A stretch of 64,000 nucleotides of DNA from Gemmataceae bacterium (GTDB taxonomy: Bacteria > Planctomycetota > Planctomycetia > Gemmatales > Gemmataceae): NCBI GenBank assembly GCA_025055795.1, contig JANWVV010000013.1:24755-88754 (forward strand), written 5' to 3'. Numbering within the stretch: position 1 is the stretch's first letter; each line of letters starts with the position of its first letter. The notes under the pieces were generated by a model. It was not told the DNA's origin, searched no databases, and saw nothing but the letters and a program-made list of their open reading frames with translations. This document shows, in pieces, positions 21,021 to 31,046 of the stretch. Both the position numbers and the translations under genes were made by a program.

Positions 21021-21797
21021 TTAGCGTTTTTCCAGGTCCGTTGGGCGTGGCTGTGGCGCTTGCGGAAGGTTGGGGCTTTCAGGGCCGGGCTTTTCGGCCG
21101 ATGACTTCGTCGCGGAAGACGGAGGAGCTGCGGGAGGCGTATGCGCCGATGCTCCCCCAGCGGATCGGTTATTTCCTGCCGCAGTCGAGCCAGAGCTGGC
21201 AGCGCCACGCCCCGCGTTGGCCGCCGTGGGCAGCTGCACGGAAGAGGGGACAGTTACCGCCTCCTTCCGCACGGCAAACACATTCTTCTCCAAAGCTAGA
21301 TGCATCGCTTGTTCAATGGTTACACGAGCGGCTGTCTTGTTCGGGTCCAGCCAACCAGTGCGGTACAGGTCCGGCGTGGTAGTCGGTGTGGGGCGCAAGT
21401 CTTCCGGATGGATTTCGGGAGAGTTGCCCACTGGTGCTTCCGGTCGCGTGATGGCGCGGGCATCGCCCGTGCGGATCCGTAGCGGCTCCAGACGGGGTTG
21501 GTCCACTTCGCCCCCGCGAGTGATGCGTGCCAGACGTTCGTCCAGCGGGGCCTTGTTTCTTTCAGCGGCCAGCGGATGAACGTCCGGCCGCTCAGGCGAT
21601 GGAGCCAGGTAGTAGAACAGGATCGTCGTGGTCACAAAGGCCAGTACGAAAAACACGATCACCAGGATCGGCACGCTCCAAACGCTAGCCGGGTCGTAGC
21701 CATCAGGTTCGTGGCCACGGGTCAGAGCTTCCTGACCAGGTTGGGCCACGATCGGTTCCTCGTGTCCCTCGTGCGATGATCCCTGTGAACTGATCAT
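21021..21797 (-). CDS. Single-TM ACIII-associated protein (ActG-like by position)
   Basis: GHEPD before one TM helix, ARVTIEQAMHL motif. Located between actF and SCO. The call is mainly positional. Confidence 0.55.
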   Translation of the reverse strand: MISSQGSSHEGHEEPIVAQPGQEALTRGHEPDGYDPASVWSVPILVIVFFVLAFVTTTILFYYLAPSPERPDVHPLAAERNKAPLDERLARITRGGEVDQPRLEPLRIRTGDARAITRPEAPVGNSPEIHPEDLRPTPTTTPDLYRTGWLDPNKTAARVTIEQAMHLALEKNVFAVRKEAVTVPSSVQLPTAANAGRGAASSGSTAAGNNRSAGGASAHTPPAAPPSSATKSSAEKPGPESPNLPQAPQPRPTDLEKR

Positions 21798-21959
21798 AAC
21801 AATCCTCGTTGGCTCAGGCAGTTACTCACCACTATTATTCGGGTGCTATGATGCCCGCAGGCAATCCGAACCGCTTTAAGTAACGTGCGTGGGACTGCAA
21901 CTTTTCTTGTTGCAATAGCTTGGTTCCTCTGTAGGGTTAGCCCGCAAGTAAGCAGGGTA

Positions 21960-23483
21960 TTAATGATGCGCAGTGCCGTGTCCATGGGCGGTGTCCCCAT
22001 GACCGTGGATACCCTCAGGGGCATCGGCTACATGAGTATGGGCCTCCGGCAACCAGAAGGTCTGAGCCTGGGCGATCAACGAGCGTCGCTGCAGGAAATA
22101 CAACCACAGCCAGCCCCAAATACCGCCCAAGCCGACTATCGCGCCGACGTCCATCAACCAGAAGGGGAAGTATCCCTCGTGGAGCAGGACGGGCTCGATC
22201 CACCAGGTGACATCGACAGCACAGATGACACATAGATAAATGGCCATCCACCGCAGCCGTACCGGATGAAGCTTGATCTTGCGGAACAGCAGTAACACAA
22301 ACGGCAAGGCAAAGTGGAAAAAGATCAGAATTACGGACACCGTCCACCATAGCCCATACTGGGGCACCGAACGCTTCAGGTAGAACGGAATCTCTTCCGG
22401 TAAATTCCCGATCCAAACCAGCATGAACTGAGAGAACGAGGTGTACGACCACAGCAAAGTCATGGCCAGCATCAGCGAACCCATGTCAAGCTGGAATTTA
22501 GGACGCAGCACCTCGCGGATCGGCGAGTAACGGGAAAAATACAGGAAGTTGGCCAGACAAAAGGCAAAGCAGGTCAGGAACTGATTAATACCGAAGATCA
22601 CCGGGAACATAGTCGAGGACCAACTAGGTTCCAACGACATTACCCAGTGGGTGGCCCCGGCGGTCATGGTCAGTGCGTAGATAATGATGCCTGGTCCGGA
22701 GATATTTTTGAGCTTTTCCAAAGCGGCATCGACTGTGTCATTGGCGGCCTGTACTTCCTCAGGGTTGTTCGGATTGGTTGGCAGAGTCGAGGCCTGTTCG
22801 CCCCACTTATTAAGTATCCAGATCAGCAAGCCCCAGATGATGAACAGGACGACGGCTGTGCCGATGAAGGCCGGCAGTGACAGGAAGCTGAAGGTTCCTT
22901 TCTCGCGAAGTTCGCGTTCCCGCTCAATGGCCCGGCGGATCATCGCCTTGCCCACGTCTTCTGTCAGTTGGCGTTTGTCCAGGTTGCCCTGAGCCAGTTT
23001 TTGTTCGGGGCTAGGGGCGGCATCCGCCGGCGGTTGCGCCTCGTGTGGATTTGTCCACCAGTAGGGGGACAAATCCGAGCCGGCTAGTAAAGCCAAGGGA
23101 ATAAACAGCACCACAAACAGGGGGAAGGTACGGGTAGCCGACTCGAGAAAGCGGCGGAGCAGCACTCCCCAGGAGCTTTTGACCAGGTAGGAGATCATCA
23201 GTAATGTCATGGCTCCCAAGGGGAGGCTAAGCCAATAGATGTAGGCCGTTAGAAAGGCCGTACCGAAACGTTGCTTGGCAGTATGGCTGAGTGGGCTGCC
23301 GCTACTGGCAGACGACTGGTAAGCCAGCCCGGTGAACACGTACAGGGCGATGCCGGCAATGGTGGCCGTGATGGCCAGGCGTTTCAGAGCGGCAAACGCT
23401 TCGGGCGCCTCCCCACTCGGAGAGCCATTGCCATTACCCCCATGATGGGGCGATGAAGCTTGCATGGCGGGATCGTGACTCAC
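21960..23483 (-). CDS. actF: Alternative complex III subunit ActF (NrfD-like)
   Basis: About 10 TM helices, W...LRRFLE, HWVMSLEPSWSSTMF, WSYTSFSQFMLVWIGNLPEE. Confidence 0.92.
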   Translation of the reverse strand: MSHDPAMQASSPHHGGNGNGSPSGEAPEAFAALKRLAITATIAGIALYVFTGLAYQSSASSGSPLSHTAKQRFGTAFLTAYIYWLSLPLGAMTLLMISYLVKSSWGVLLRRFLESATRTFPLFVVLFIPLALLAGSDLSPYWWTNPHEAQPPADAAPSPEQKLAQGNLDKRQLTEDVGKAMIRRAIERERELREKGTFSFLSLPAFIGTAVVLFIIWGLLIWILNKWGEQASTLPTNPNNPEEVQAANDTVDAALEKLKNISGPGIIIYALTMTAGATHWVMSLEPSWSSTMFPVIFGINQFLTCFAFCLANFLYFSRYSPIREVLRPKFQLDMGSLMLAMTLLWSYTSFSQFMLVWIGNLPEEIPFYLKRSVPQYGLWWTVSVILIFFHFALPFVLLLFRKIKLHPVRLRWMAIYLCVICAVDVTWWIEPVLLHEGYFPFWLMDVGAIVGLGGIWGWLWLYFLQRRSLIAQAQTFWLPEAHTHVADAPEGIHGHGDTAHGHGTAHH

Positions 23484-24337
23484 TTTTTCCCTCCCGCGTC
23501 CAGTTGGGAGCGCATGTCAGCGGATAGCCATTCACCTGGCACGCGTTGGCTCAGTTGTAACACCCGGATATAGGCGATGATCCGCCAGCGATCCGCCGGG
23601 GCGATCTGAGCCGCGTAGCTGGGCATGCCTCCGTAACCTTTGGTGATAACCTCAAAGTAATAGCCCACCGGTACTTCCCGCAGAGGAATCTTGATGCCCC
23701 ACAGGGCGTAGCCCCGGGAGTAGCCGAGGGGAATGTCCCGCGGTTGAGGGACATCGATTTCCTGCGGCGAGACCTTTTCCGTATGGAAGGAGGTCGGTGT
23801 CAGGTAACCCCGTTCCCAGATCTTGCCTTGGCCATTCCCGAGGGGGCCATGACAGACCGCACAGTAGATGGTGTAGCGTTCCTGGCCCCGTCGCAGGTCC
23901 GCTATGGTAATAGGAAAGGGGAATTCCTCGACGTAGATTTTCGGCTTGTCTTTGTCCCGCGGGTCAAAGCGTGGAGCACCAATGGCCAATTCTCGGTTTT
24001 CAATCGGTGTAGGAGTTTTCAGATCCACTACAGGTTGAGAAGCCAGGGCATAAGCTCGTTGCCATTCTTCGGACGTCAGCCCCGTGGCAATAGGATCGGT
24101 CTCCAAGGGCTGAGCCCGGTGGATGACCCCCCGTTCTAAAGGTCGGGCCGAGCGGCCATCCGCGAAGAAATCACTAGGCTCGTAGGGCCGGTAATAAGGC
24201 TGGTCGGCCATACGCTGCCGGCAGCCATTCGCTGTACCGCATAATACAGCCGCGGTCAGGAGCAGCAGCCAGTACGAGCGGCCAGGATACAACCGCTCTA
24301 CAGCCGGTGGGGGTAGGAGATTATGTCGCAGTGTCAT
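23480..24337 (-). CDS. actE: ACIII monoheme cytochrome c lipoprotein ActE
   Basis: Lipobox NGCRQRMADQP, CAVCH, GYGGMPSYAAQIAPADRWRIIAYIRVLQ. Confidence 0.93.
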   Translation of the reverse strand: MTLRHNLLPPPAVERLYPGRSYWLLLLTAAVLCGTANGCRQRMADQPYYRPYEPSDFFADGRSARPLERGVIHRAQPLETDPIATGLTSEEWQRAYALASQPVVDLKTPTPIENRELAIGAPRFDPRDKDKPKIYVEEFPFPITIADLRRGQERYTIYCAVCHGPLGNGQGKIWERGYLTPTSFHTEKVSPQEIDVPQPRDIPLGYSRGYALWGIKIPLREVPVGYYFEVITKGYGGMPSYAAQIAPADRWRIIAYIRVLQLSQRVPGEWLSADMRSQLDAGGKK

Positions 24338-24906
24338 TCCGGCACCTCCTCGACCGAAAGCGGCTGCAGGCTTTGCAGGAACTCACGCGTACCTACAGGG
24401 TCGAAACGCGGATCGCGGGCTTCAATGCACAAAAAGAAGCGATCGCGAGTGGCCCGGTCAAACTTTGGACAGTTGAACAGCGGATGGTAATAACAGGGCA
24501 AACCGCACAGGGCGATCAGGCCGAACAGGCCCGTCAATGCCGCGGTCAAAACCATCATTTCGAAGGTAACCGGCACGAACGAGGGCCAACTGAAATACGG
24601 TCGGCTGCCGATATTAAGGCTGTAGCCATAGGCATTGGCCCAATATTGCATCAGGAAGCCAGAGACGGCACCGGTCAGCCCTCCCAGGAACATGACAGTG
24701 CCCATCTCGGACTTCGGAAAGCCCAGGGCATCGGCGGCTTCACCCACCGGATAAGGGCTGTAGCAGTCCATGAGCTGGTAGCCCTTATCCCGGGCTGCCT
24801 GCACCGCCGCTACCATTTGCTCACTGGTGGCAAATTCGGCCAACAGGCCGTACAGTTTGACGCCGGGGCCCGAGGCCACTGCTGCAGCAGGTTCGCTGGC
24901 GTTCAC
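24334..24906 (-). CDS. actD: ACIII subunit ActD (DUF3341)
   Basis: LLAEF, DCYSPYPV, SWPSFVPVTFE, DRFFLCIE. GTG start overlaps the actC stop. Confidence 0.93.
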   Translation of the reverse strand: MNASEPAAAVASGPGVKLYGLLAEFATSEQMVAAVQAARDKGYQLMDCYSPYPVGEAADALGFPKSEMGTVMFLGGLTGAVSGFLMQYWANAYGYSLNIGSRPYFSWPSFVPVTFEMMVLTAALTGLFGLIALCGLPCYYHPLFNCPKFDRATRDRFFLCIEARDPRFDPVGTREFLQSLQPLSVEEVPE

Positions 24907-26342
24907 GGCGCGTTCTCCATGATCGAGTGTGCCCCACCGCCCCCCTGACTTTTCGGTAACATCTCCCGCATCTCCGCCATGGAGATCATGGGCAGGTAGC
25001 GCACAAACAGGAAGAACAAGGTCAGGAACAAGCCTAGGGAGCCGAACATTGTGGCATAGTCCCAAATAGTGGGAGCATAGCGTCCCCAGGCCGCCGGGAT
25101 GTACTCACGGCTGAGTGTGATGACGATCACGTATCGCTCAAACCACATGCCGATCAGCACGAAGATCGACACGACCATCAGCCAGAAGTCACTGCGGCGG
25201 GCCTGTCGCGACCACAAGATCTGGGGCACCACCAGGTTGCAAAAAATCAGGCACCAGTAGGACCAACCATACGGCCCGAACAACCGTTCAATAGTCGTGC
25301 CCCACTCGTAGAGGGAGTGACCATACCAGGCCATCCACACTTCGCTGAAGTAGCCGTAGCACACCAACATGCCCGTCGCTAGCATCACCTTGCCGCACAA
25401 ATCCAAGTGGTGGTCGGTAATGAAGTCTTCAAGGTGGTACCAACGGCGAACCGGGATGGCCAAGGCTACCACCATGGCGAAGCCGGAAAAGATCGCACCC
25501 GCTACGAAGAAGGGGGGAAAGATCGTGGCATGCCACAGCGGAACTATGGACACGGAAAAGTCGAAGCTCACCACCGTGTGCACGGATAACACCAGCGGTG
25601 TCGATAGACCCGCCAACAATAGGTACACCTTTTCGTAGCGCCGCCAGTGAATGGCCGAGCCACGCCATCCCAATGCCAAGATTCCATAAATGATCCGCTG
25701 GATCTTCTTGGGAGCCGAATCACGCAACGAGGCCAGGTCCGGAATCAAACCGATGTACCAGAAGACCAGTGATACGGTGAAATAAGTCGTGACGGCAAAA
25801 ACGTCCCAAGTCAATGGACTGCGGAACTGGGGATAGACGTTGGCCACGTTGGGAAACGGATACAACCAGTAGAAAAACCAGGGCCGGCCCATGTGCAGCA
25901 ACGGGAACATCCCCGCGCACATGACGGCAAAGATCGTCATCGCTTCCGAAAAGCGATTGATGCTAGTCCGCCACTTCTGGTGCAGCAAGAGCAAAATAGC
26001 CGAAATCAGGGTTCCGGCATGGCCAATGCCGATCCACCAAACGAAGTTGACGATGGCAAAGCCCCAAGCCACCGGGACGTTAATCCCCCAGATGCCGACA
26101 CCGGCATAAAACAGCCAGGCGATGGCCACCATGAGCATTTGCAACAGGGCAAAGCCGGCCAGGAAGCCTAGCCACCAGCCCCGGGGGTGCGGCTTGAAAA
26201 CTACTTCGCCTAGGGCCTCGCCAACGGACACCAGTGTGTGGGGCCGTTGCACCAACGGGTGCATCTCCGGCTCCAAAGGCAAGCCAGAGCCCGCCGGAGG
26301 ACGCTTGCGGTGATCCAATTCCACTGTCGTCGCCACGGTCAC
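24903..26342 (-). CDS. actC: ACIII quinol-binding subunit ActC (NrfD/PsrC family)
   Basis: NFVWWIGIGHAGTLISA, RFSEAMT, HMGRPW, FRSPLTWDVFAV, SVHTVVSFDF. Confidence 0.96.
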   Translation of the reverse strand: MTVATTVELDHRKRPPAGSGLPLEPEMHPLVQRPHTLVSVGEALGEVVFKPHPRGWWLGFLAGFALLQMLMVAIAWLFYAGVGIWGINVPVAWGFAIVNFVWWIGIGHAGTLISAILLLLHQKWRTSINRFSEAMTIFAVMCAGMFPLLHMGRPWFFYWLYPFPNVANVYPQFRSPLTWDVFAVTTYFTVSLVFWYIGLIPDLASLRDSAPKKIQRIIYGILALGWRGSAIHWRRYEKVYLLLAGLSTPLVLSVHTVVSFDFSVSIVPLWHATIFPPFFVAGAIFSGFAMVVALAIPVRRWYHLEDFITDHHLDLCGKVMLATGMLVCYGYFSEVWMAWYGHSLYEWGTTIERLFGPYGWSYWCLIFCNLVVPQILWSRQARRSDFWLMVVSIFVLIGMWFERYVIVITLSREYIPAAWGRYAPTIWDYATMFGSLGLFLTLFFLFVRYLPMISMAEMREMLPKSQGGGGAHSIMENAP

Positions 26343-29300
26343 GCCCCTTTCGGCATCTTCGGGTTGGGATTCCGCAGAGCGGCCAGATAGGTCAGCCGCG
26401 GTCGTGTGTTCAATTCGGCCAGCAGTCCGTAATTGGTGGGTTCTTTCTTCCAGCGGGAAACCACACTGTCCGGATCATTCAGGTCACCAAACACAATCGC
26501 GCCGGATGGACAGGCGGCCTGACAGGCGGTAACGATCTCGCCGTCGCGGATCGACCGCCCTTCCCGCTCGGCCACGATCTCGGCGTAGCGGATCCGTTGC
26601 ACACAAAAGGTGCACTTCTCCATGACTCCCCGGCTGCGGACCGTCACTTCGGGATTCCGGCCCAATTTCAACGTACCCGTCGACCAATCTGCATAGGTCA
26701 GGAAGTTGAAGCGTCGGACCTTGTAGGGACAGTTGTTGGAGCAATATCGCGTGCCGACGCAACGGTTATAGGCCATATCGTTCAGGCCATCGCTGGAGTG
26801 CGCGGTTGCACCGACGGGGCAGACCACCTCGCAGGGAGCATTTTCGCACTGCACGCACATTCGCGGCTGGAAGTAGGTTTGCAACTGTTCCGGCTTGTCT
26901 TCCGGACCAACATAGTAACGGTCAATGTTGATCCAATGCATCAGCCGGCCGCGAGTTACCTCGTACTTGCCGACGACAGGGGTGTTGTTCTCGCTGACAC
27001 AGGCGATGACGCACGCCGAGCAACCTGTGCACGCCGACAGGTCAATAGCCATGGCCCAGCGCCGCCGCTGTTCCGGACGCAGATCGGGGGCAAGTGTTTC
27101 CGTCGGCTTGTACATCGTTAGCGGCCGCAGGCGCGGATCGTGATGCCCGTCATGATGCTCGCCGTTGTGCCCGTTGCCAGGGGCAGCTTCGTGGTGATGC
27201 TTGTGGCTGTGTTCCGGATCATGGCTGGTGGTAGCAGAGTGGCCTTCATGTCCCTTGGGCATGGGGACGTTTTCATTAATCAACTCCCATTCGCCGGCAG
27301 CCATCGGCGGAATTTTGGCAAACTGCGGGAACTTTCGGTAATCGTCCAAGGTGCCATAGCGGACAGGTTTGCGGTCCATCTCCAGACCGGAAATCGGATC
27401 CCGCTGTGTTGTGTACCAGCGACCTTGAACACAGGCCAGAAAGTAGGTTTGGGACGTAACATTGATGACCGCCCCGCGGCCTCCCCACAGATCATCCGAG
27501 GTTCGCAGGGCATAGGCATTAAAGCCACGCACGGGCTTGCCCTCGGCATTGGGCAGGTGCGGAGTGGTGGCTACATGCTTGCCTGCCCGGGTGCGGCCGA
27601 ACCCCAGGTGCACCGTAATGCAGCCATCAGCATGTCCCGGCAAAATCCAGGCGGGGGCCCTGACCGTCCGGTCACGGTACTTCAGCTCGACCACCGGCAC
27701 CTCGGCTCGTCCATGCTCGCCCCCAGTCCAACGGAAGTTGATCTTTATCCCTAACCGGGCAGCGGTGTTCGGACTCATGTACACTGCGTTGTCCCAAGTC
27801 ATGCGGGTGACGGGCTTGGGACATTCCTGCAGCCAGCCGTTGTTGGCGTATCGGCCATCGTACAGCAATGGATCGGGACGAAAGTTAATCTCAAACTGAC
27901 CCTCCACGGGGGCTGATGGCAATACAGGAGCGTTAGCCATCCAGTCCGTTTGCACGGATGGAGTTATGGTCGCTGCCGCTGTACCGGCTAGGGTGCCACG
28001 GCGTACCGACTCTTGCCAGAAGATGTCGAAGATGCCGCCGCGCTTCTCGGCAGCAAACCGCTGCCGCCAGTAATCCCGCACAATGTCATATCCTTCGCGG
28101 TACGGGGCCGCGGTGATGTCCGCTAGCAACTCCACAGCGGATTTGCCCCCATACAGTGGAGCAATGAGCGGTTGCTGGATCGTCACGGTGCCATCGTGAC
28201 CGCGAACATCGCCCCAAGTTTCCAGGTAATGAGCTTCGGGCACGTGCCATTCGCACAAAACCGCCGTCTCGTCCTGGTGTGTTCCCAAATGAAGTTTAAA
28301 GGGCACAGATCGGATGGCTTCGCTGAACGGGACGTCCGCCGGGGCGGTGTAGGCCGGGTTGCTGGACAGGATCAGCAGTACATCGACCTGTTTCTGCTGC
28401 ATTTCGCGAACCAGGGTCTTCAGGTCGATCAGTCGATCGCCCTCCGGCCGCACCTCAATCGGTTCAGTGTAGCGGACGGTGGTGCCTACAGCTTTCAAAT
28501 GATGATGCAACAGGTGGGCAAGGGCATGAACGGTAGGGGGGAGATGTTCCCCGACGACAATGGCTACGCGACCTTTCCGCTCTTTCAAATCGTCGGCGAT
28601 TGGTCGGACGCTACTTTGGACCACAGGGGGAAGCGGTCCGGATGGTGGTACCTGAGACAAACCCAACTCGCGAGCGACGTCACGCAGGAACGAATCGATC
28701 ATGGAGCTGGGCAAGGCCAGGCGGTGATCAGCCGCCGAGCCGGTGCTAGTGGGCATCGATTCGACCGCGTACAAGCGGTTCATCTGGTCCGGCTTGATCC
28801 CTTCGCGAGAGTCGACACGGACCTTGCGTCGGCTGGCGAAATCGTGGGCATAGCGGACGTGTCCTGGGCCGAAGCCGAGGAAGTCGGCATCCAAGGCCAA
28901 CACAACGTCTGCCTGAGTGAAATCGTAGACAGTGTGGACCACGCGACCAAAGGCTAGGCGGCTCCCCTCACGGACGTTATCACGACTGATCGGTTCGTGC
29001 TGGACCCACTTGGCCTGCGGAAAATCGTTTAACAGTTTCAAAATGTAGGATGCCAGCGTGGGGGAGGTTACTGTCTCAGTAAGAATGCGTAGCCGCACGT
29101 TCTTTTTAGGCTCACCCAGAACGTACAGTTCCTTGCGGACTGCTTGAATGATTTGTTCATAACCGATGGGCAGGCCGTTGTGGGTAGGCGACTGCGAGCG
29201 GTCCGGATCATACAGATCTAGCAGGCTGGCTTGCGCGATGGCATCAGTACCGCCGAGACTGGAGGGGTGATCGGGGTTGCCCTCGATTTTGGTCGGCCGG

Positions 29301-29650
29301 CCTTCGTTACTGCGGACCAGAATTCCTGTGCCGAATCCGCCTAATGAATGAGCGGTGGCAAAAAACAGGGGGACACCCGGGGTGATCTCAGCGGGCTGGA
29401 TAGTATATGGGACAATTTTGCGGGCTGGGGCCGGACGGATATTGCACCCCGTGGCCCCGGCCAGGGCCAACGAGGCACCCATTACGGTCAGGAAGTGGCG
29501 GCGACTGACCTCATCGGTCCATTCCATAGCACCGGCGGGGAATTCATCGCGCCAAGGTTCGTCCGGTTCCGCCGCTGCAGGGGCGCTGACCCCCTTAGAG
29601 GACTGCAGGGGCAGTTCAATCCGCTGATATCCCGTCGGCTCCTGGGTCAT
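26339..29650 (-). CDS. actB: ACIII subunit ActB (molybdopterin-oxidoreductase-like domain fused to Fe-S domain), Tat-exported
   Basis: SRRHFL..LAGATGC signal, EGRPTKIEGNPDHP, Fe-S motifs CTGCSACVIAC, CVQCENAPC..VCP, CVGTRYC..NCP, KCTFC..CQAACP. ATG 29650 follows GAGGTG. Confidence 0.96.
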   Translation of the reverse strand: MTQEPTGYQRIELPLQSSKGVSAPAAAEPDEPWRDEFPAGAMEWTDEVSRRHFLTVMGASLALAGATGCNIRPAPARKIVPYTIQPAEITPGVPLFFATAHSLGGFGTGILVRSNEGRPTKIEGNPDHPSSLGGTDAIAQASLLDLYDPDRSQSPTHNGLPIGYEQIIQAVRKELYVLGEPKKNVRLRILTETVTSPTLASYILKLLNDFPQAKWVQHEPISRDNVREGSRLAFGRVVHTVYDFTQADVVLALDADFLGFGPGHVRYAHDFASRRKVRVDSREGIKPDQMNRLYAVESMPTSTGSAADHRLALPSSMIDSFLRDVARELGLSQVPPSGPLPPVVQSSVRPIADDLKERKGRVAIVVGEHLPPTVHALAHLLHHHLKAVGTTVRYTEPIEVRPEGDRLIDLKTLVREMQQKQVDVLLILSSNPAYTAPADVPFSEAIRSVPFKLHLGTHQDETAVLCEWHVPEAHYLETWGDVRGHDGTVTIQQPLIAPLYGGKSAVELLADITAAPYREGYDIVRDYWRQRFAAEKRGGIFDIFWQESVRRGTLAGTAAATITPSVQTDWMANAPVLPSAPVEGQFEINFRPDPLLYDGRYANNGWLQECPKPVTRMTWDNAVYMSPNTAARLGIKINFRWTGGEHGRAEVPVVELKYRDRTVRAPAWILPGHADGCITVHLGFGRTRAGKHVATTPHLPNAEGKPVRGFNAYALRTSDDLWGGRGAVINVTSQTYFLACVQGRWYTTQRDPISGLEMDRKPVRYGTLDDYRKFPQFAKIPPMAAGEWELINENVPMPKGHEGHSATTSHDPEHSHKHHHEAAPGNGHNGEHHDGHHDPRLRPLTMYKPTETLAPDLRPEQRRRWAMAIDLSACTGCSACVIACVSENNTPVVGKYEVTRGRLMHWINIDRYYVGPEDKPEQLQTYFQPRMCVQCENAPCEVVCPVGATAHSSDGLNDMAYNRCVGTRYCSNNCPYKVRRFNFLTYADWSTGTLKLGRNPEVTVRSRGVMEKCTFCVQRIRYAEIVAEREGRSIRDGEIVTACQAACPSGAIVFGDLNDPDSVVSRWKKEPTNYGLLAELNTRPRLTYLAALRNPNPKMPKGA

Positions 29651-29776
29651 GTCCACCTCGCTTATCCACGAAGGGCTTGCCTGGGAATATCCGGTAGACC
29701 GCACGCGGTTGCCCAGTTTTGGGGATGATGCAAGCCTGTGAAAGGCCTGCGCCGGTCGGTGCTCCCGAGGTTTCCC

Positions 29777-30517
29777 TTAACGGTGGCACATCGAGCAATT
29801 AGTCAACGTTACCCGGTCCCGCACTTTATACTGTTCTTTTAGTAGGGCCCCCAATTCTTGCTGAGTGGTGGGCCGTGGCGTTCCAATCAGTGTCTGGGCT
29901 TCGGGGGAGTCGGCGTGGAAGAAGTCTTCGGGTTGCCACACGCCACCTTTGGCCGGTGTCCAGGTCATGCTGAACACCTCACTACGGGGTCGTAAGAACT
30001 TTTCGGGTTCCCGATGACAAGCAATGCACCACTCCATCAGCAGCGTGGCATGCTGTTTGGTCAGATTCACCTGGTCCACACGACCATGGCATTCGACGCA
30101 GCCTACCCCCTTGGCGATGTGAATGGAGTGGTTGAAATAGACGTAATGGGGCACATTGTGGACCCGGTTCCACTCGATCGGTTTGTCTTGCCGGTAACTT
30201 TCACGTACCGGTGCGAGCATGTCGGCCCCTTGCCAGATCTGCTGGTGACAGTTCATACAGGTCTTGGTAGGGGGTATGTTGGCCGAGCTCGAGTTTTCCA
30301 CTGAGGTGTGGCAATAGCGACAGTCGATGCCGAGCTGCCCGACATGGTGGGCGTGGCTGAAGGCTACCGGCTGCGGTAATATCTCGTCTACCCCGGTGGC
30401 ATACGAGGAGCGGTAAAAGGCTGCCCCTGTCAGCCCAGCTGAACCGAGCAGCAAGGGGAAGCCCAAAACCACCACTTTGGCTATCGGATTGAGTGCTTTC
30501 GGGAATACCTGCGGCAT
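29777..30517 (-). CDS. actA: ACIII pentaheme cytochrome c ActA
   Basis: N-terminal TM helix and five heme motifs: CRYCH, CMNCH, CVECH, CIACH, CSMCH. Confidence 0.96.
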   Translation of the reverse strand: MPQVFPKALNPIAKVVVLGFPLLLGSAGLTGAAFYRSSYATGVDEILPQPVAFSHAHHVGQLGIDCRYCHTSVENSSSANIPPTKTCMNCHQQIWQGADMLAPVRESYRQDKPIEWNRVHNVPHYVYFNHSIHIAKGVGCVECHGRVDQVNLTKQHATLLMEWCIACHREPEKFLRPRSEVFSMTWTPAKGGVWQPEDFFHADSPEAQTLIGTPRPTTQQELGALLKEQYKVRDRVTLTNCSMCHR

Positions 30518-30731
30518 GGCTGGCCACCCTCGTGATGCTCCAGGGGAGCATTTTGTCCGCTACTGCCTCGATCAGAGCCTACCCTTGTAAAGCCGCGGTT
30601 GGGCTATCGGCTTACTCTTTCCGCTAGTAGCTGCTACGAATCGGTCTCCGCTGCCCCAAACCCTTGTATCTAGGCGTCGATAATCGTTTTTGCAGCACTT
30701 TTGGTTTTTCCATCTAAGCGGTGGGGTGTTT

Positions 30732-31046
30732 TCACCACAGACGATCCCACATCATATACCGCAACGCCTGATTGAGGCTCAACGAGATCAGCAAGCTTGT
30801 GGCGCAGATGGCCACTCCTGCCAAGGCATAACGTTCGCCCCGTAGTCCTCCCCGGACCCCACGAAACACGCAAAACAGGCCTAAGCCTAACCCGACCGTT
30901 GCCAGCAACCCGCCAAAGGGTGTCCACCAGAAGACAATCAGGCTGAAAAAGCCCAGTCCACACGAGGCACCCGCCAAGCCGCGTAATACGTACGATTGGT
31001 TCGGATCGTGGCCTGCGTGTTTGCCGATTTGATACGCCGGATCCAC
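30732..31046 (-). CDS. Small three-TM hypothetical membrane protein (DUF4190-like)
   Basis: Three hydrophobic segments. GTG start 7 nt after GGAGG. Confidence 0.6.
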   Translation of the reverse strand: MDPAYQIGKHAGHDPNQSYVLRGLAGASCGLGFFSLIVFWWTPFGGLLATVGLGLGLFCVFRGVRGGLRGERYALAGVAICATSLLISLSLNQALRYMMWDRLW

